Below are positions 20,381-30,700 of a stretch of 64,000 bases of DNA, one piece after another. The notes beneath the pieces are model-generated. The model searched no databases, was not told where the DNA came from, and saw only the letters and a program-made list of their open reading frames with translations. A program made the position numbers and the translations under genes. Numbering within the stretch: position 1 is the first letter of the stretch; each line of letters begins with the position of its first letter. Source of the stretch: an uncultured Acidobacteriota bacterium (lineage in GTDB: Bacteria > Acidobacteriota > Thermoanaerobaculia > UBA5066); contig CAVZYA010000001.1 in the NCBI GenBank assembly GCA_963779415.1, positions 1,152,001 to 1,216,000 on the forward strand. Reading direction: 5' to 3'.

Positions 20381-20740
20381 CGCGGTAGCATACGATAGCT
20401 GCAAGACCTGACCCCGACTCACCCCGCCCTCACTCTTGTCCAAGATCGGCCGTGGAACATTCGCTTTCCGGGGGGCGGCGAGGGCGAATCCCCGAACGAC
20501 TCCGTGCATTCACCAGCGGAAATGGCCCGAATTCCTCGAAACCCGGCTGTTCGCCCTTTCTTCGAGACCCCGGCAGACAGCCTTCCGGGCGGCTCGGCTT
20601 CTGGACAGCATGTTTCACGCTTCCCCGGGGCCTGAACCGCCGATGCCCTCCTCATCCCACGTTTTCAGCCCGTCTTCGCCCCTTCCCCGTCCGAAATCCG
20701 CCGTTCTTGGACAGCAGTGCCCCGCCCTGAGGTTGACCCC

Positions 20741-21745
20741 TCAGTCCACCATGCTTTCGGCCCCCACAGCGAGAGCCCGGCCAAAGGGCAGCTCTGCAAG
20801 GTACTGGTCTCGACCCGCACTAGCGAAAACCCTCCGAATCTCGGGATCGAGCGCGATGCGCTTGATGGCACGCCGCAGCCACTCTGCGGTTTGGAAGAAC
20901 TCCTGCATCGCCTCCACGCGCTCTCTCTCCGTGTCGCTCCTCAAGAGTCCGTCCGCCCTTCCGTGAATCACCTTCGAGCGACGGCCATAAGTTCTCTTGA
21001 TTGCCCGATACAGGGCCCGCGCGGCCGAGATGTCGTCTTCGAGAAAGAGAGCGATCCGCTCAGCCAGCTGATGAATCGTCTCTCCGGAGCTGTCAGGTCC
21101 GAAGAGCGCCTCAAGCCCCACCCACATGAGTGCGAAAGCGATGTCTGCGTGGTTTTGATCCGACGCAAGAGCGGCCATCCTGAGGGCCACCCAAAGCGGA
21201 CCGCGACGTTCGCCATCGTAGCGTTCCAGAATTACGCTCACGAGATCCCGAGCCTCTCCGAGCTGCGCTTGAGTGAGAACCTGTTTCATGTCTAGCCGCG
21301 CGAGGTCCGCAGGCAGCACCGTCCAGGACTTGAATCGGCGCTTTCCGTCCTGTCCCACCGGCTCTACGAGGATCGTGACGTCGTAACGCAAGCGAATGCC
21401 GCTTGCGATCCAGACGGCCACTTGCGCCGACCGTAGCTTGGACTGGTCGAGCTCCTGCTCGCTTTGCCCTGGTCCGTTCGGGCCGGCGCGCCGTCCCGCC
21501 AAGAGTGCAAGCTCGGCCTTCTCTACTCTCTTCCGCTCAAAATGGCCCAGCCAAGTCGGAACTGCCTCAGGACCGAACCAGTCGGGACGAGGCGCTAGGA
21601 CTACCCCGTGCCCAAGATCAAATGCCTGATCGAGAACCCCTTCGGCAAGAGCGAAATCCTGCGACACCGGACCGATGAGGTGCCATGTCGCCTCGCCCTC
21701 TTCGGGTTCCCACTCGGTCGAAGTGCTTTGAGTAAGTTCTCGCAT
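20741..21745 (-). CDS. HEPN-domain protein (Apea-like HEPN)
   Basis: LEALF..LAERIALFL..YGRRSKVIHG (Rx4H HEPN motif); lower GC than the flanks. Confidence 0.75.
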   Translation of the reverse strand: MRELTQSTSTEWEPEEGEATWHLIGPVSQDFALAEGVLDQAFDLGHGVVLAPRPDWFGPEAVPTWLGHFERKRVEKAELALLAGRRAGPNGPGQSEQELDQSKLRSAQVAVWIASGIRLRYDVTILVEPVGQDGKRRFKSWTVLPADLARLDMKQVLTQAQLGEARDLVSVILERYDGERRGPLWVALRMAALASDQNHADIAFALMWVGLEALFGPDSSGETIHQLAERIALFLEDDISAARALYRAIKRTYGRRSKVIHGRADGLLRSDTERERVEAMQEFFQTAEWLRRAIKRIALDPEIRRVFASAGRDQYLAELPFGRALAVGAESMVD

Positions 21746-21801
21746 CTCTAAGGTATTCCCCCGGATCCCCAGCCAGTCGCCTCGACCGATGGCCCTGGCC
21801 G

Positions 21802-23754
21802 TCAGCCCGCCGGGCGCGCGGCCGCGGCAGGGGGACGGACTTTCCAGTAGACGACGTACCGCTCGCCGGCGATCCGGTTTAGCGGGGCGAGATCGATGAT
21901 CCGGCTCTGGGCCTTCGTCCGGAAGGCGAGCCGCCCGCGAACGGACTCGACCCATGTGCCGACCTCTTTCGGATCGGCAACGACATCGGGAACCGGAACC
22001 GGATTCCCCTTCAGCTCGCAGTCATAGCCGCCGTAAGTCGTCTCGCGCGTAAGCCCTTCCGATCCGAGTCGCCCCGCCAGGACGACGGGCCCGTAGAGGA
22101 GGGCCTGAATCGAGGGATCGTCGGGCATCGACTCGGCCCTCAGGCTCATCGGGAGGTCGAGCCGGACGCGGTCTCCCCGTCGCCAGGTCCGGTTCAGCGT
22201 CAGGTAGCTCGAGGGGCTGGCGAACGCGTCGACGGCCGTGCCGTTGACCGTCACGGTGCCGCCCCGGGTCGCCCAGCCGGGAATCCGGAGGCGGAGCGTC
22301 GTGGCGACGGGGCGCTCGTTCTCGAAGACGAGGGTCGTTCCTTCCTCCTCGGGGAACCGGGTCTCCTGCCGGAGGCGGAGGCCCTTTTCCGGCCACGAGA
22401 CTTCGGAGGCGGCGAAGAGATTCACCCAGACCCCCGCGTCGTCGTGAAAGTAGATCGAGTCGCCCAGCTTCGAGAACTCCTCGACCCCCGTCCCCGTGCA
22501 GCACCAGAACGCGCCGAGGGGCTCGCCGTAGAACTTCCAGTACCCGGACGCGAGCGGGGTGTAGTACATGAGCGTCCCGTCCTCGGGGTTCTGCGTTCCG
22601 AGCCGGCTGTTCAGGAGCGTCCGCTCGAAGTAGTCCGCCGCGCGCGGGTCCCCCGTCCAGGAGAAGACGTGGCGCGTGAGCTTCAGGAGGTTGTAGGCGC
22701 AGCAGCACTCGGCCGTCGACGGGGAAAGCTCCGTCGAAAGGACGCCCGGCGGCGTCTCCCACCGCTCGCCGTTGCTCGTGTTTCCCGTCACGTAGCAGCG
22801 TTCGGACGTGACCTCTCGCCAGAAGTACTCGGCTATGTCCCGGTAGCGCCTCTCGCCTGTCAGCTCGTAGCGCCGGGCGGCGCCGATGACCTTGGGGATC
22901 TGCGTGTTGACGTGGAGGCCCTTCAGCTCGTCGCGACGCGCGGCGAGAGGGGCGAAGAACGCTTCCTGGTCGAAGCGGTGGGCGAGATCGCGGTATTCGT
23001 CCTTCCCGGTCAGGGCGAAGAGATCGTAGAGCGCGTCGTTCATCCCGCCGAACTCGACGGTAAGGATCCGCTCCATCTGCGCGTCCGAGAGCCCCTTGGT
23101 CCAGGTGCGGATCCAGCCGGCCATCCCCTCGGCGGTCCGCAGCGCTTCCTCGTTTCCACACAGCTCGAAGACCGCGAGGTGCCCGGCGAGGATCTTATGG
23201 AGCGTGTAGAACGGGGCCCACACTTTCGCGCCGCGGCGCAGCCGGTCGAACAGCTCCTCGGGGAAGGCCGAAAGGTACCCGCTGCCGGAAGCCCTCTGGC
23301 ACCTCGCCAGCTCGGCCACCATCCCGCTGGCCCGCATTCGGAAGACGTCGTCTCCCGTCCCGGCGTACGAAAGGGCGCAGGCCGAGAGGTAGTGCCCCGT
23401 GAAGTGGCCGCGCAGCTCGCAGTCGGGCTTCTCCCACCCGCCGAGCGGCTCGGCGGCGGAAGGGAGCCCCGCATTGACGCGAAAGGTGTGAAGGAGGCGG
23501 TCCTGCGGCAGGGAGAGAAGGTAACGGGCGTTCCGCTCCTGCGCCTCCCGCAGCGGGCCGGAGAGCAGACGGACCTGTTTCAGCGGGAACGGGCGGACCG
23601 GTCCGCCTCGCCACGCCTCTCCCGCCGCAGCCGCAGCCTCCGACATCTCCGAAAGGACCGTGCCGAGAGCCCGGCGTCCGACGAGGAAACCGGCGCCTGC
23701 GGAGAGGGCTGCGCCGAAAAGGTTTCGTCGCGAAAGAGACGGACCGCCGGGCAC
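21802..23754 (-). CDS. Tat-exported glycoside hydrolase family 127/146 (beta-L-arabinofuranosidase-like)
   Basis: SRRNLF Tat motif; GGWE..LRGHFTGHYLSA, EFGGMN, HVNTQIPK, ECCCAYN, FWCCTGTG. Confidence 0.9.
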   Translation of the reverse strand: MPGGPSLSRRNLFGAALSAGAGFLVGRRALGTVLSEMSEAAAAAGEAWRGGPVRPFPLKQVRLLSGPLREAQERNARYLLSLPQDRLLHTFRVNAGLPSAAEPLGGWEKPDCELRGHFTGHYLSACALSYAGTGDDVFRMRASGMVAELARCQRASGSGYLSAFPEELFDRLRRGAKVWAPFYTLHKILAGHLAVFELCGNEEALRTAEGMAGWIRTWTKGLSDAQMERILTVEFGGMNDALYDLFALTGKDEYRDLAHRFDQEAFFAPLAARRDELKGLHVNTQIPKVIGAARRYELTGERRYRDIAEYFWREVTSERCYVTGNTSNGERWETPPGVLSTELSPSTAECCCAYNLLKLTRHVFSWTGDPRAADYFERTLLNSRLGTQNPEDGTLMYYTPLASGYWKFYGEPLGAFWCCTGTGVEEFSKLGDSIYFHDDAGVWVNLFAASEVSWPEKGLRLRQETRFPEEEGTTLVFENERPVATTLRLRIPGWATRGGTVTVNGTAVDAFASPSSYLTLNRTWRRGDRVRLDLPMSLRAESMPDDPSIQALLYGPVVLAGRLGSEGLTRETTYGGYDCELKGNPVPVPDVVADPKEVGTWVESVRGRLAFRTKAQSRIIDLAPLNRIAGERYVVYWKVRPPAAAARPAG

Positions 23755-23792
23755 GCCTCAACGTTATGCCCGGCACTCCACGACCGTCAATC

Positions 23793-24089
23793 TCAGCCGA
23801 CGACGCTGAAGATCTCGCGGTGCCCCGACTCGATCATCGGGCGAAATCGGCCGTAGGCCTTCTGCCATTCCGGATCGGCGAAGATCTTCGCAAGCGACTC
23901 CTCGAACGCCGCGAGCGACGGGAACTCTCTCTCGAGGACGAGGGTGTAGTACGGCCCCGTCACGTCGGTCATCGCGCGCCCCACCGGAACGCCGAGCCGC
24001 TTGTTGAGCGACTGGATCTCCGGTATCAGGGCCTTCGCATCCTTCATCCGGTCGGGGTGGATCCGGAAGACGTCGCGGATCAGGGTCAT
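23793..24089 (-). CDS. NIPSNAP-like dimeric alpha/beta barrel protein
   Basis: RAMTDVTGPYYTLVLEREFPSLAAFE pattern; AAGGAG RBS upstream of ATG 24089. Confidence 0.7.
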   Translation of the reverse strand: MTLIRDVFRIHPDRMKDAKALIPEIQSLNKRLGVPVGRAMTDVTGPYYTLVLEREFPSLAAFEESLAKIFADPEWQKAYGRFRPMIESGHREIFSVVG

Positions 24090-24357
24090 GATCGGCTCCT
24101 TTTCGCGCGCCCCCAAGGCGCGCTCAGTTGCGACTTCGTCTCACTGATGATACCCCTCGGAAGGATTTCATCCTCTCGACGAGGATCCGGCCGCCTCTCC
24201 GAGATTGCCTCCGGTCCCATCCCGTGTAAACGTCCGGCGGGGCTTTGACGTCTTATCACCCGGTCTCGGCATCGCCCCGAGGCAGGCGGGCGGACCGGAA
24301 GACCCTGAGAAAAGGACACCTGTCCGGCGGCTGAGACCGCCGGCGCCTCTCCTCCAA

Positions 24358-24390
24358 GAGCGGGGCCCCGCGGCCCCGCTCCTTTTTTTT
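24358..24390 (+). terminator. Intrinsic terminator with plus-strand polarity
   Basis: GAGCGGGGCC-CCGC-GGCCCCGCTC 10-bp stem followed by C and T8. Confidence 0.8.
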
Positions 24391-25362
24391 CTAGAGCCAG
24401 CCCGCCTTCCGGAAGAGCCGGTGGAGGAGGCTGCAGATGGACACCATGACGGCGAGGACGACGAAGTAGCCGTACTTCATCTCCAGCTCCGGCATGTGCC
24501 TGAAGTTCATCCCGTAGACGCCGGCGATCATCGTCGGAACGGCGAGGATGGCGACCCACGCCGAGATCTTCCGCATGTCCTCGTTCTGCCGGACGTTCAC
24601 CTGCGTCAGGTTCGCTTCGAGGACCGACGTCAGAAGGTCGCGGAAGGAAACGAGCTGGTCCGCGACGCGGAGCAGGTGGTCGTGAATGTCGCGGAAATAG
24701 GGGCGCATCTGCTCGTGGATCCACGGGAACTCGGCCCGCGAGAGCCGGTCCACGGCCGGGAGGAGGGGCACGACGGCCTGATGGAACGTGATCGACTCAC
24801 GCTTCAGGAAGTAGATCCGTTCCGCGGGGTTCGCCCGATCCCCCGAGAAGACCTCGGTCTCCACCTCCGCGATGTCGTTTTCGAGCCCGAGGACGACGGG
24901 ACCGTAGTCGTCCACGACCCGGTCCAGGATCTCGTGGAGGACGGCGCCGGGACCGAGACGGAGAAACTCCGGCTTCGCCTCCAGCTTCTTCCGGACGTCG
25001 GCGAGTCCGCTCGCCGGGCCGTGACGGACGGTGACGATGAAGCCGTCGCCGATGAAGGCGAGAATCTCGCCGAGATCGATTTCCTCGGCTTCCTCCTTGT
25101 ATGCGGCCGTCTTCAGGACGACGAAGATCGTGTCGTCGAAAACCTCAAGCTTCGGCCGCTGGTGGGCCTTGATGGCGTCCTCGACGGCCAGATCGTGGAG
25201 GGAGAACTCCTGCCGCACGGCGGCGAACTCCTCCTCGGTCGGCTCGTGGAGGCCGATCCAGACGAAGGCGTCCGCGGGCCTCCCGGCCTCGAAGGCCTCT
25301 TCGAGGGAGAGGGCGCCGCCGCGTCGGACGCCGTCCACGTAGACCGCGCAGTCGACGATCAG
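24391..25362 (-). CDS. corA: Magnesium/cobalt transporter CorA (probable CTG start)
   Basis: IVDCAVY, FVWIGLHEP, AVEDAIKAHQRPKLE, YFRDIHDH, YGMNF..MPEL. Confidence 0.92.
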   Translation of the reverse strand: MIVDCAVYVDGVRRGGALSLEEAFEAGRPADAFVWIGLHEPTEEEFAAVRQEFSLHDLAVEDAIKAHQRPKLEVFDDTIFVVLKTAAYKEEAEEIDLGEILAFIGDGFIVTVRHGPASGLADVRKKLEAKPEFLRLGPGAVLHEILDRVVDDYGPVVLGLENDIAEVETEVFSGDRANPAERIYFLKRESITFHQAVVPLLPAVDRLSRAEFPWIHEQMRPYFRDIHDHLLRVADQLVSFRDLLTSVLEANLTQVNVRQNEDMRKISAWVAILAVPTMIAGVYGMNFRHMPELEMKYGYFVVLAVMVSICSLLHRLFRKAGWL

Positions 25363-27098
25363 ACGAAGACTCCGGTGAAGTCGAACATCGTCACGTCCAC
25401 CAATCCCCTGTCGGTCAGCTTCAGCTCCGGGATGACCGGAAGGGCGAGGAAGGCGAGGGTCATGAAGGGATGATCCATCGTCGCGCCGAGGGCGCGGGCC
25501 GCCTCGTTGGCCGTCCGCTCGGCGGCGTCGACCTCCCCCATCGAGGCGTTCGACATGAGGCCGCCGACCGCGAGGGGGACCTCGGCGACCGGCTGCGCCC
25601 CTTCCGCGATGACGACGCCTCCGCCGATCTCCGCCGTCCGGCGGACCGCGGTCTCCATCGAAAGGTCGTCCGCACCGAGGACGACGATGTTGTGCGAGTC
25701 GTGCGCCACGGAGGAGGCGATCGCCCCGCGGGCGAGGCCGAAGCCGCGCGCGAAGGCGACGCCGACGTTTCCCGTCCCGCGGTGACGCTCGACGACCGCC
25801 AGCTTCAGGAGGTCGCGCGCCGGATCCGCCACTGCCGCTCCCGCCTCCACCTTCGCCGGGGCCGTGGAAGCGCCGGTCGCCAGCGAGCCGGCCCGGACCT
25901 CGATGACCCGGATCGCGGCCCCCGGCGCGGCCGGGATCCGGAGACGGTCGCTCGAGAAGCCGGCGACGCGAAACGCGGGCCCCTCGTCCATCCGCGAGGA
26001 ACGGATCTCTTCGAGGAGCCGGCCCCCCTTCGCGACGCGGCGGCCGGCGAGGACGACGAGGTCGGGGCGGAACTCCTCGAGGCTCTCGAACGTGAGGAGG
26101 TCGGCGCGGAACCCCGGCGCGACCGCCCCCCGATCCCCGAAGCCGTAGTGCCGCGCGCAGGACCAGGAAGCGAGCCGGAGGGCCAGAACGGCGTCGAGAC
26201 CCAGGGCGATGGCGCGCCGGACATGGTGGTCGACGTGCCCGTGGGCGAGGAGGTCCCACGGGTGGCGGTCGTCGGTCGCGAAGGCGAACCGCTCGGAGTT
26301 CGAAGGCGTCACGAGCGGCAGGAGGTCGTCGAGGTTCTTCGCGGCCGTCCCCTCGCGGATCCAGATCGACATCCCGCGGCGGACCTTCTCCTCCGCCTCG
26401 CCCCGCGAGAGGCATTCGTGGTCGGAGCGGATTCCCGCCCCGACGTACGCGTTCAGGTCGAGGCCTGCGAGGAGCGGCGAATGCCCGTCCATCGGGACGC
26501 CGCGGCGGCGTGCCGATTCGACCTTTCCGCGGACGCCCGGGTCGCCGAAGAGGAATCCCGGCACGTTCATCATCTCGGCGAGGCCGAGAACGCGCGGAAG
26601 GTCGTAGAGTGGCTCGAGGTCCCCGGGGCCCAGCGAGGCGCCGGCCGTCTCGAGGTGCGTCGAGGGGACGCACGACGGGAGCATGACGAAGATGTCGACC
26701 GGAAGGGCGTTCGACGCCTCGAGGAAGGCGCGGATCCCCGCGACGCCGCGGACGTTCGCGATCTCGTGCGGGTCGGTCACGGCGGCGGCCGTGCCGTGCG
26801 CGGCGGCGAGGCGCGCGAAGGTGGCGGGCGTCGTCATCGTCGACTCGACGTGAAGATGGGCGTCCCAGAGGGCCGGCGCGAGGAAGGCGCCGCGAAGATC
26901 GATCTCGTCCTCCGGACGGGCCGCACGGTAGTCACCGAATCCGAGGATCCGGTCTCCCTTCACGCCGACCGTCGCCTCGTGGATCTCTCCGGTCAGGACG
27001 TTCACGAGGCGCCCGCCGCGCAGGACGAGGTCGGCGGGGACCTTTCCGCGCGCGGCGTCGACGAATTCCCCGAGCGAAAGAGCGGAGTCGTACCTCAT
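25359..27098 (-). CDS. ade: Adenine deaminase
   Basis: DAHLHVEST, DPHEIANV, LAEMMN, DGHSP, DHEC, TDDRH, AHDSHN, LALPVIPELK. Confidence 0.94.
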   Translation of the reverse strand: MRYDSALSLGEFVDAARGKVPADLVLRGGRLVNVLTGEIHEATVGVKGDRILGFGDYRAARPEDEIDLRGAFLAPALWDAHLHVESTMTTPATFARLAAAHGTAAAVTDPHEIANVRGVAGIRAFLEASNALPVDIFVMLPSCVPSTHLETAGASLGPGDLEPLYDLPRVLGLAEMMNVPGFLFGDPGVRGKVESARRRGVPMDGHSPLLAGLDLNAYVGAGIRSDHECLSRGEAEEKVRRGMSIWIREGTAAKNLDDLLPLVTPSNSERFAFATDDRHPWDLLAHGHVDHHVRRAIALGLDAVLALRLASWSCARHYGFGDRGAVAPGFRADLLTFESLEEFRPDLVVLAGRRVAKGGRLLEEIRSSRMDEGPAFRVAGFSSDRLRIPAAPGAAIRVIEVRAGSLATGASTAPAKVEAGAAVADPARDLLKLAVVERHRGTGNVGVAFARGFGLARGAIASSVAHDSHNIVVLGADDLSMETAVRRTAEIGGGVVIAEGAQPVAEVPLAVGGLMSNASMGEVDAAERTANEAARALGATMDHPFMTLAFLALPVIPELKLTDRGLVDVTMFDFTGVFV

Positions 27099-27109
27099 CG
27101 GCCGTGAGC

Positions 27110-27724
27110 CTAGCCGAGGGCTCCGGAGTTGGGAAGACGGTCGCCGCCGGCCGGGAGGCGGATTCCGGCCTCGCCGAGAAGCCGCGCGAGGAGCCGGACC
27201 GGAAGGCCGATCACGTTCGACGGGCTTCCCTCGACCCGTTCGATGAAGAGGCTGCCGATCCCCTGCAGGGCGTAGGCCCCGGCCTTGTCGTCCGGCTCTC
27301 CCGAGGCGGCGTAGAGGCGGATCTCCTCCTCGGTCATCGGCGCGAAGACGACACCGGTCACGTCGCGCCCCGACCGGAGAGCGGCGTCGCGCGCCACGGC
27401 GAGACCGGTGACGACCTCGTGTCTCCGCCCCCGCAGTTCCCGAAGCATCCGGACCGCGTCCTCCCGGTCGGCGGGCTTTACGAGGGGACGCCCCTCGAGG
27501 ACGACAATCGTGTCGGCCGCGACGACGATCGCCCCCGGCTCCGACGCGGAGACACGCCGGGCTTTCTCGCGGGCGAGCCTTTCGGCCGCGTCGTACGGGC
27601 TCTCCCCCGACAGGAGCGACTCCTCCACGTCGGAAGCGCGGATCTCGAAGACGAGGCCGAGCGTCTCGAGGATCTCCCGCCGGCGAGGGGAAGAGGAGGC
27701 GAGAACGAGACGCGGAGCCGGCAC
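27110..27724 (-). CDS. maf: Maf family nucleoside triphosphate pyrophosphatase
   Basis: [34 protein letters not shown]. Confidence 0.94.
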   Translation of the reverse strand: MPAPRLVLASSSPRRREILETLGLVFEIRASDVEESLLSGESPYDAAERLAREKARRVSASEPGAIVVAADTIVVLEGRPLVKPADREDAVRMLRELRGRRHEVVTGLAVARDAALRSGRDVTGVVFAPMTEEEIRLYAASGEPDDKAGAYALQGIGSLFIERVEGSPSNVIGLPVRLLARLLGEAGIRLPAGGDRLPNSGALG

Positions 27725-27780
27725 GCCCGGAGATTAACCGGGCCGGCCGTGGCTTCGGCCGACGATCGGCGCGAGAATGT

Positions 27781-30700
27781 GTGCAGATGTCGGAAAATCC
27801 GGCGACCCCCGAGGGCGTAACGGGCGAGGAAACCGACCTGACCACGGGGGAAGTCCGCCTCCGGCGGATGGTGGACGAATCCCCGACGATCACATGGACG
27901 GTGGACACGGCCCTTCGTTTCACCTCCTCCCTCGGGGCGGGACTCGTCTCGCTGGGTCTGAAGCCCGGCGAGGTGGTCGGCCAGACGCTGTTCGACTTCT
28001 TCGGCACCCGGGACCCGGAGTTCCCGGCCGTCGCCGCGGCGCGCCGGGCCCTCGCCGGTGAGACCGTCTCGTTCGAGATCACGTACGCCGGCCGGCGATT
28101 CCGGACCCGGGTCGCGCCGATGAAGGGCCCCGACGGCAGCATCGCGGGCTGCCTCGGAACTTCCCTCGACGTCACGGAGACGTTCGGGCTGTCGCAGATT
28201 CTGAAGAGGCGCGAGGCCTTCGAGCAGCTCCTGCTCGGCATCACGACGGCTCTCGTCCGTGCTCCGACGGCGGGCCTCGACGGCGAGATCGTGCGGGTGC
28301 TCGAGCGGGTCGGGACGAGCCTCGGTGCGCCGGAAGCCGTCGTCTGGCTCCTTTCGGAGGACGGCACGCGGCTCCTTCCCCGCTTCGCGTGGGAACGGCA
28401 GGGCGGCCGCGGGAGCGCGCCGGCTCCGATTCACTCCCGCCGTCTCGAATGGCTTCTCTCGAGGTTCGAGTCCGGGGGTGCCGTGATCATGCAGGGAGCA
28501 TCCGGCCTGCCGGGTGGCGCCAACGGAGATGGGGAGATCGCGCGGGGGGCCCCGTCGGTCGCCGTCGTTCCCCTCCGGTCGGAGCAGACGCTCCTCGGGT
28601 TTCTCGCCTTGCCGGCCTCCCCCGCCGCAACGACGTGGCCGCCCGATCTCGTCGCGGCGCTTCCGCTCCTCGGCGAGATCCTCGGGCATGCGCTCGAGCG
28701 CCGTCGCGCCGCCGCCCTGCAGGGAGCGCTGGACCGGATCGCCGCGGCGGCGAGCGGATCCGCCGACCTCGGCAGCCTCCTTGCGACGATCCACGCGACC
28801 GTCGAGGACCTCATCGAGGCCCGGAACTTCTACGTCGCGCTCTGGGACGCCGAAGCCCGGCTCCTCCACTTCCCCTATTTCGCCGACGAGTTCGACCCGG
28901 CCCCCGCTCCAAAGCCGCTGGGGCGCGGGCTGACCGAGCACGTGATCCGGACGGGCGAGCCCCTTCTCGCCTCCCCCGAGGTCTTCGAGACGCTCATCGC
29001 CTCGGGCGACGTGGAGCTGATCGGCGCGCCGTCGCTCGACTGGCTCGGCGTCCCCCTGAAGGCCGGCGAAGAGACCTTCGGCGCCCTCGTCGTCCAGAGC
29101 TACGACCGCGAGACGCGTTTCGGCGACCGGGAGCTTCGGCTCCTCTCCGCTGTGGGACGCCATGTCGAGGCGGCCCTCCGGAGGCGGAGCGCGGAGGTAG
29201 CCCTTCGGCGTTCCGTCTCGCTCCTCGAATCGACGCTCGAGTCGACGGCCGACGGCATCCTCGTCGTCGACCTCGAGGGAAAGGTCACGTCCTGGAACCG
29301 GCGCTTCGGCGAGCTCTGGAGGATTCCGCCCGGATTGCTGGCGAGGCGAGAAGACGCCGCGTTGCTCGAGTCGGTCCTCGGCCAGCTCGAGAACGCGGAG
29401 GCCTTCCTCGCGAAGGTGCGCGAGCTCTACGCGCAGCCGGAAGCCGAGAGCTTCGACGTCCTCCGGTTCCGGGACGGACGCGTCCTCGAGCGCCTCTCCG
29501 TTCCTCAGCGCCTCGACGGAAAGGCCGTGGGGCGCGTCTGGAGCTTCCGCGACGTTTCAGAGAGGGTCCGTGCCGAGGCCCAGATCGAGCATCAGGCGTA
29601 TCACGACGCGCTGACGGGGCTTCCGAACCGCCTCCTTTTGAACGACCACCTCGAGCTCGCCCTCGCGCAGCTCGAGCGGGGCGGGAGCCCCTTCGCCGTC
29701 CTCTTCCTCGACATCGACCGGTTCAAGCCGGTGAACGACTCGCTCGGCCACGCCGTCGGAGACCGCCTCCTGAAGGCGGCCGGGGAGCGCCTCCGGGCCG
29801 CCACCCGCGCGGGCGACACCGTGGCCCGCGTCGGCGGGGACGAGTTCGTCCTCCTCCTCGCCGGGCTGTCGAAGGAGAACGTCGGCGCCGCCGCCCAGAA
29901 GATCCTCGAGGCCTTCGCCGAGCCGTACTCCGTCGACACGCATCCCATCTACGTGACGACGAGCATCGGCATCGCGATGGCTCCCGGCGACGGCGAGGAC
30001 TCCCAGACCCTCCTGAAGAACGCCGACAGCGCCCTCTACCGGGCCAAGGAGCTGGGGCGGAACAACTGCCAGTTCTGCACGCCCGAGCTGACGACCGCCG
30101 TGCGGGAGCGCGCCCAGATGGAGTCGGGCCTCCGGAAGGCGCTTCACGAGGAGCAGTTCCGCCTCCACTATCAGCCCCAGGTCCACCTCGCGACGCGCCA
30201 GATCGTCGGGATCGAGGCCCTTCTCCGCTGGGAGCAGCCCGGCCGCGGCCTCGTCGGCGCCGCCGAGTTCATCCCCGTGGCCGAGGAATCGCGCCTCATC
30301 GTGCCGATCGGGGCGTGGGCGCTCCAGACGTCGTGCCGCTTCGCGGCGAAGCTGGAGCGGCGTTCGACCCGCCGGATCCGGATCGCCGTGAATCTCTCCG
30401 CCCGCCAGTTCGCCCGCGGCGATCTCGTGACGACGGTCGAGGACGCCCTCACGGTGAGCGGCCTTTCGCCGCGCCTTCTCGAGCTCGAGATCACGGAGAG
30501 CGTCGCCATGAGCGACGTCGAGCAGACGACATCGACGCTCCGCCGCCTTCGCGAGCTCGGCGCCTCCATCGTCCTGGACGACTTCGGGATGGGACACTCC
30601 TCGCTCTCGTACCTCAAGCGCTTCCCGTTCGACGCGCTCAAGATCGACCGCTCCTTCGTCCGCGAGATCCCCGGAAGCGGCCCCGACGCCGCTCTCGTCC

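Larger units (their letters stand above)
18971..20417. repeat. GGGGTCAGGTCT repeats (REP/RAYT-associated-like), including an 18-bp inverted pair
   Basis: Copies at 18971-18982, 19012-19029 (TCGGGGTCAGGTCTTACA) and inverted at 20400-20417 (reverse complement TCGGGGTCAGGTCTTGCA); partial copy at 20299-20305. Confidence 0.8.
20247..23822 (+). repeat. 30-bp direct repeat (1 mismatch) duplicating the 3' end of the NIPSNAP-like gene
   Basis: TCAGCCGACGACGCTGAAGATCT(T/C)GCGGTG at 20247-20276 and 23793-23822. Confidence 0.85.

Noticed and set aside
20420-20740. Short ORFs between the transposase stub and the HEPN gene
   Set aside because: No recognisable motifs, RBS or codon bias; treated as degenerate intergenic DNA.
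24140-24185. CTGATGA as a hammerhead ribozyme core
   Set aside because: No correctly placed GAAA after a stem II and no supporting stems I/III.
24250-24345. TCTTATC and GCTGAGA as SAM-I or TPP riboswitch cores
   Set aside because: The remaining conserved elements are absent and there is no downstream plus-strand gene.
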